Shown piece by piece: positions 59,952 through 64,000 of a stretch of 64,000 bases of DNA. The notes beneath the pieces were generated by a model that saw only the letters and a list, made by a program, of their open reading frames with translations, had not been told where the DNA came from and did no database searches. The first letter of the stretch is position 1. The number at the start of each line of letters is the position of its first letter. A program made the position numbers and the translations under genes. The DNA is from Promethearchaeota archaeon (GTDB taxonomy: Archaea > Asgardarchaeota > Heimdallarchaeia > Hodarchaeales > Hodarchaeaceae), in the NCBI GenBank assembly GCA_048938105.1, contig JBHLMN010000010.1, forward strand, positions 128,001 to 192,000. The letters are read 5' to 3'.

Positions 59952-60087
59952 CCTTACGATGATAGTAATATGTTTTTCTCGACCGATTTCTCCGTGTTTT
60001 CTTTGGTCAGGTGCGCTGGGACTTTTCCCTATTTTCTCTTTTCTTTTTTGACCTGTCTTGATGATGTTTGATGTCGTATAACGTTGG
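59952..60087 (+). repeat. 136-bp imperfect direct repeat, copy 1
   Basis: ccttacgatgatagta...tttgacctgtcttgatgatgtttgatgtcgtata.cgttgg, recurs at 61112. Confidence 0.92.
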
Positions 60088-60273
60088 ATAATGGAATAAA
60101 CGTTCCGAACACATGTTAAGATGAATATCAAACTTTTGAGTCGCATCCATAATTCAGGGAGGGATAGCTATTTTGGACCATATTTTTATTGAGTAATGGC
60201 CAGAGTAGTCCTGACGCGAGTAAAAATTCAAAATGCTCTTGAACCTTGGTACTATACCAATCTACATCTAGAT

Positions 60274-60696
60274 TTATTCCATTACTCGCGTGAGATTAAA
60301 AGTATCGAAATGCTTGTCAAAACTATAGATTTCAGTGAGATTCAAGCGGTCCATCAAAATTTTGGCTAACGAGTCATTAATCCCTACTTTATATCGTTGA
60401 GCGAGAACAGTGGCCCCTTGATAGTCACTATGGGGCACATCGAGGACTGTAATCGATTCCTTTGTTAATAGATCATAAATGAATTGAGACGATTCACTAT
60501 AACTCTTACGAGATTCTAAGATGTTTGCTACTTCTGATAAATGTACAACACTAGTGACGACGTTTTCTCCATTATCCACTCGTGTGATAATCTCCCTCGC
60601 GACAGTTTTTATTCTTTCGAGATGTTTTGGGAGCTCTTGGATGGGCTCCAGAACCGCATATAAAAATATCGAAGCATCAATAAAACGAAGTTTCAT
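60274..60696 (-). CDS. vapC: VapC/PIN toxin
   Basis: FIDAS, HLSEVAN, INDSL, IYSFDKHFD. Confidence 0.9.
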   Translation of the reverse strand: MKLRFIDASIFLYAVLEPIQELPKHLERIKTVAREIITRVDNGENVVTSVVHLSEVANILESRKSYSESSQFIYDLLTKESITVLDVPHSDYQGATVLAQRYKVGINDSLAKILMDRLNLTEIYSFDKHFDTFNLTRVME

Positions 60697-60932
60697 GCTT
60701 TGTCTCCACTAAGTAAATACTCCTTTAATTTATGGTAATCCGAATAGACTTCGGGGGGTATTTCAACCTTAAGGAATTGAAAATACTTTTGTAAATTGGG
60801 GTCATCTTTAGGGATGACTAAGAGAAGATCACCATCTTCAACTAGAAAAACTTCGTTTGATTGGATCTTTTTACGCCATTCAGGAGGTAAAACAACTCGC
60901 CCTTGAGAATCGATACGTTTAAGCTCAATCAT
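60693..60932 (-). CDS. AbrB/MazE family antitoxin
   Basis: MIELKRIDSQGRVVLPPEWR; 4-nt overlap with vapC; likely start ATG 60932. Confidence 0.85.
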   Translation of the reverse strand: MIELKRIDSQGRVVLPPEWRKKIQSNEVFLVEDGDLLLVIPKDDPNLQKYFQFLKVEIPPEVYSDYHKLKEYLLSGDKA

Positions 60933-61111
60933 AATGAACCCATATTCTAATGTCATTCCCCACTTTATAAAGCTGATCCCCAATTGTTCTTCGTGATTAC
61001 CATGTAACTTTATATGAAATATTAATCTAAATCGATATTGAATTGGTGGGTTTCGTATCTTCATTCCAGTCATCTTAACTATCACTTTGATGCTCTTTCA
61101 ACAAAAAAAAG

Positions 61112-61247
61112 CCTTACGATGATAGTAGTATGTTTTTCTCGACGAGCTCTCCTTGTTTTCCTTGGTCTTGTACGCTGGGCCTTTTCCCCTGTTTTCTCTT
61201 TTCTTGTTTGACCTGTCTTGATGATGTTTGATGTCGTATAGCGTTGG
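61112..61247 (+). repeat. 136-bp imperfect direct repeat, copy 2
   Basis: Matches 59952-60087 with scattered mismatches. Confidence 0.92.
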
Positions 61248-61433
61248 TCAAATACATTAAGGTTATTATAGAAAAAATATATCTTTGAATTTAATTTTAG
61301 AATTAATTCTGAAAAATCCCATTAATTCTCTTTATTTTGATTGAGCCAGTGAATTCTATTTTGTGCTTTGGATAAATGGTTTTAATTTTTCAATAAAAGT
61401 TAAAGAACAGTTCTGAAGAAACGTTGGGTAGGT

Positions 61434-62741
61434 CTATTTTCTAAGAATGACAAAAATTATAGAGAGAAAACTCGCACCAATTAGACAAAATCCTCCAATA
61501 TTTGTTACAAAAGATAAAGATTGGCCATTGATAAGGAGTAATGAGCCAAAAAATGATCCAATTCCGAAAGACATAATTCCAATCGTTTGTAATGTACTAA
61601 TAATGGTTTCTTGTTGCATATTATGCTCGTGTGGGTGATCATGAATTCCTATAACGATGGAAGCACTTCCACTAAAGCCTAAATCAAGATGTTTATGAGA
61701 ATGAGAATAACCTTGAGTTACTTCTATTTCTAATACAGCTTTATTTCGTGCTGGTTCTAAAAAACCTTCTGCAAGCCCTGCTAAGAATAAGATTAAAAAC
61801 AAGTAGAGAATAATACTGATTTCTGGATAAAAGAAAACCACGATCCCTTTTGCTAACAGACTAAAGATTAATGGTAATGATGATCCAACCTTGTCAACCA
61901 AGCGTCCTGTAAATATTTGGCTAATCCCCCATGTTATATCTCCCACTAAATATCCTAAACTAATACCAACCTCAGATATTCCTCCTTGCTGATTCAATAA
62001 GATAGAAAGATTAGGTGTATAAATTCCATGTGCAAAATCATAAATAATGTAAATTAGTATTACCAATAAAATAGAAGGACCCATAAGGAGAGTTCGTATT
62101 CCCTGTTTGATGTGGAAATGTTGCCATTTCCATCCATTTAAAGACTTGGATTTTGATTGATTTTCCCTGACTCTAATTAAATTAAGGATAATAATCAAAA
62201 TGAATGTTATTATAAACATTAAACCAGAAACTATCTGTATTGACTGATCTGCTGGTATTTGATATTCTAAAAGTATTGCCCAAAATATTCCTGCAACCCC
62301 TTGCCCTAAAGCCAGTCCACTAAGTACCGCAGCAAAAAGATTTCCAAGAACTTCGCCCTCTCTTTTTTCAAAGTTTGAAGCGAGAGCTATAATTCCTAAA
62401 AAGATGAACCCATACCCTAGTCCATCGAAAATCCTGATAAGAGTAAGGATATAAGGGTCACTCAAGATAGTCATTGAACCCGTTATAAGAAGAACTGATA
62501 ATCCTCCTAACAGGAAGCGATGAGTATTTGATATAATAATTTTACAAAGTACCATAAAACTGATAATCTGGCCGATTGAGAAGAGTGTACTTGCTATTGA
62601 GATTAGAGAAACATCCCCTCCAATATTAATAACCTGAAAAGGGAATAAAAATCGAAAACACCCCAAACTTAATGAAATCCCAAAAAGCAGTAAAAAATAT
62701 TTCTGTATGTTTTTATCAGTCAAGATCAACCAAGAAGACAA
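61434..62741 (-). CDS. MFS transporter with His-rich insert
   Basis: GRLVDKVG motif, about 12 TM, HSHKH...HDHPHEH loop. Confidence 0.85.
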   Translation of the reverse strand: MSSWLILTDKNIQKYFLLLFGISLSLGCFRFLFPFQVINIGGDVSLISIASTLFSIGQIISFMVLCKIIISNTHRFLLGGLSVLLITGSMTILSDPYILTLIRIFDGLGYGFIFLGIIALASNFEKREGEVLGNLFAAVLSGLALGQGVAGIFWAILLEYQIPADQSIQIVSGLMFIITFILIIILNLIRVRENQSKSKSLNGWKWQHFHIKQGIRTLLMGPSILLVILIYIIYDFAHGIYTPNLSILLNQQGGISEVGISLGYLVGDITWGISQIFTGRLVDKVGSSLPLIFSLLAKGIVVFFYPEISIILYLFLILFLAGLAEGFLEPARNKAVLEIEVTQGYSHSHKHLDLGFSGSASIVIGIHDHPHEHNMQQETIISTLQTIGIMSFGIGSFFGSLLLINGQSLSFVTNIGGFCLIGASFLSIIFVILRK

Positions 62742-62945
62742 AATAGCTAGTTCCTATCAATTTTAAATGATAAATAATATTATAATGAGGACATTTATCC
62801 TTTGATTATATATTGTATATCTGGAACAGGAGGAAGATCTGGTTTTCAGGGCTGATATAGAATTCTTTAATCTTCAAAAAACTTTTTGTCTTCTTTTTTT
62901 AAGTTTCTATGATCAATTCTACAAGAAAATCATCACAAGAAGGAA

Positions 62946-63470
62946 GTGATTCTCATGATTTGGGTAACAAGAAATTATGTCCATGTAGACAGAGTTGCAT
63001 GTCCTTGGTTGATTCAACGATTTGTAGATAAGGATGCAGAATTCCTGTTTGTTCCTGCGAATGAGGTAGAGACAGTGGCAAATGCGGTCGGAGGAGTTCC
63101 ATTTGATATTCCAGGGGTAGAATTAACCCATAGGGGAAAGGAATGCTCCTTCGATGCAATTATTCAAAAATATAAGTTAATAGAATCCGCTCTACTAGAT
63201 CTCGCAGAAGTTGTTAGAATTGCAGATACAGGTGGAGAAGATCCTAATCTGATTGCTGCAGGTTTGGACGCCATCGCTACTGGCGTCCCTCTGATCACTA
63301 CAAATGATCATGCTGCCCTTCAACAACAGATGGTTGTCTATGATGCTCTATTAGCCTTCTTCCGATACAAAAGATTGATGGCACAATATGTGGATGAAAC
63401 GAAGAATATGACCCGAGCAGAACGAAAAGCCTTCTATCAGAAGCATTATGGAACCAATGTTGATACTTAA
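62946..63470 (+). CDS. ChrB-like chromate resistance protein (C-terminal domain)
   Basis: WVTR..HVDRVACPWLI.RFVD, FD....THRG..CSFD, ADT. Confidence 0.88.
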   Translation: MILMIWVTRNYVHVDRVACPWLIQRFVDKDAEFLFVPANEVETVANAVGGVPFDIPGVELTHRGKECSFDAIIQKYKLIESALLDLAEVVRIADTGGEDPNLIAAGLDAIATGVPLITTNDHAALQQQMVVYDALLAFFRYKRLMAQYVDETKNMTRAERKAFYQKHYGTNVDT

Positions 63471-63553
63471 GAAAGGGATAACCAGAAATTGTGAAGTATG
63501 CATAACATAATTGTTAAGGTTAGTCAGGGTCACCAAAACGGACATGGTTAGTG

Positions 63554-64000
63554 ATGGGGTCAAAGCAAGTTCATTCCACCTTTTCTCAGCGTTCATTTTA
63601 TGTTATTTGCATCATGGGAACGATTGCCATTCTTAGTAGTACCATGGCAAAAAATCCCACTCTTCCCCTCTTTGCTGGTCAATTGGGCGCAACAGAATGG
63701 CAACTTGGGATCATCGCGGCAATTGGGCCAATTCCTGGCATACTCTTGAGTGCACCTGCCGGAGTATTCGCCGACCGCTGGGGACGGATTCAAATGATAC
63801 AACTATCACTATTCTTTTTTGCTACTGCTCCCCTTTTTTATCTATTTGTGACAGAACCTTGGCAACTCGTCCCAGTACGATTCTTTCACGGGCTAGCGAC
63901 TGCTATTTTCGGCCCAGTAATCTTATCACTTATTGCTTCGTACTATCCGTTCGAACGAGCAAGTCGAATGAGTCTGTATTCATCCGTGACCATGATAGGC
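63554..64000 (+). CDS. MFS transporter (DHA1-like), runs off the window
   Basis: Read manually: MGSKQ...SSTMAKNPTLPLFA...PAGVFADRWGR...RFFHGLA. Confidence 0.85.
   Translation, partial: MGSKQVHSTFSQRSFYVICIMGTIAILSSTMAKNPTLPLFAGQLGATEWQLGIIAAIGPIPGILLSAPAGVFADRWGRIQMIQLSLFFFATAPLFYLFVTEPWQLVPVRFFHGLATAIFGPVILSLIASYYPFERASRMSLYSSVTMIG

Noticed and set aside
59720-60146. Phe/Leu/Ser-rich ORFs upstream of tfb
   Set aside because: Expected from T-skewed non-coding DNA; they overlap the direct repeat
60933-61085. N-terminal extension of the AbrB antitoxin
   Set aside because: The AbrB motif starts at Met 60932; the extension covers the probable TATA region
59952-61247. Direct repeats as CRISPR or IS ends
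   Set aside because: Only two long copies, direct rather than inverted; no spacers, cas or transposase genes

Overview
AT-rich archaeal chromosomal window, most consistent with an Asgard archaeon (Heimdallarchaeia/Hodarchaeales-like). Support: an archaeal TFB, archaeal-type GapN, poly-T terminators, Rab-like small GTPases, a tandem longin-like protein, an LRR protein and many surface proteins with a C-terminal TM plus basic tail. No rRNA, tRNA, CRISPR array or intact transposase was seen. About 60 CDS are present, mostly accessory metabolism, transport, regulation and surface functions. The strongest candidates for new biology are: (1) an hgcA-like corrinoid/membrane gene fused to an N-terminal class I SAM methyltransferase, followed by an hgcB-like ferredoxin (49623-51567); (2) a membrane-anchored Rab-like GTPase whose G-motifs appear circularly permuted, G3-G4-G5-G1-G2 (45919-47214); (3) a three-gene wHTH-ARPP-1(DUF6569) / tandem wHTH / vWA operon (4905-8121); (4) a highly divergent TFB/cyclin-fold paralogue (23878-24741); (5) a toxin-antitoxin pair bracketed by 136-bp direct repeats upstream of tfb. 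All family calls come from reading motifs by eye; no searches were run.
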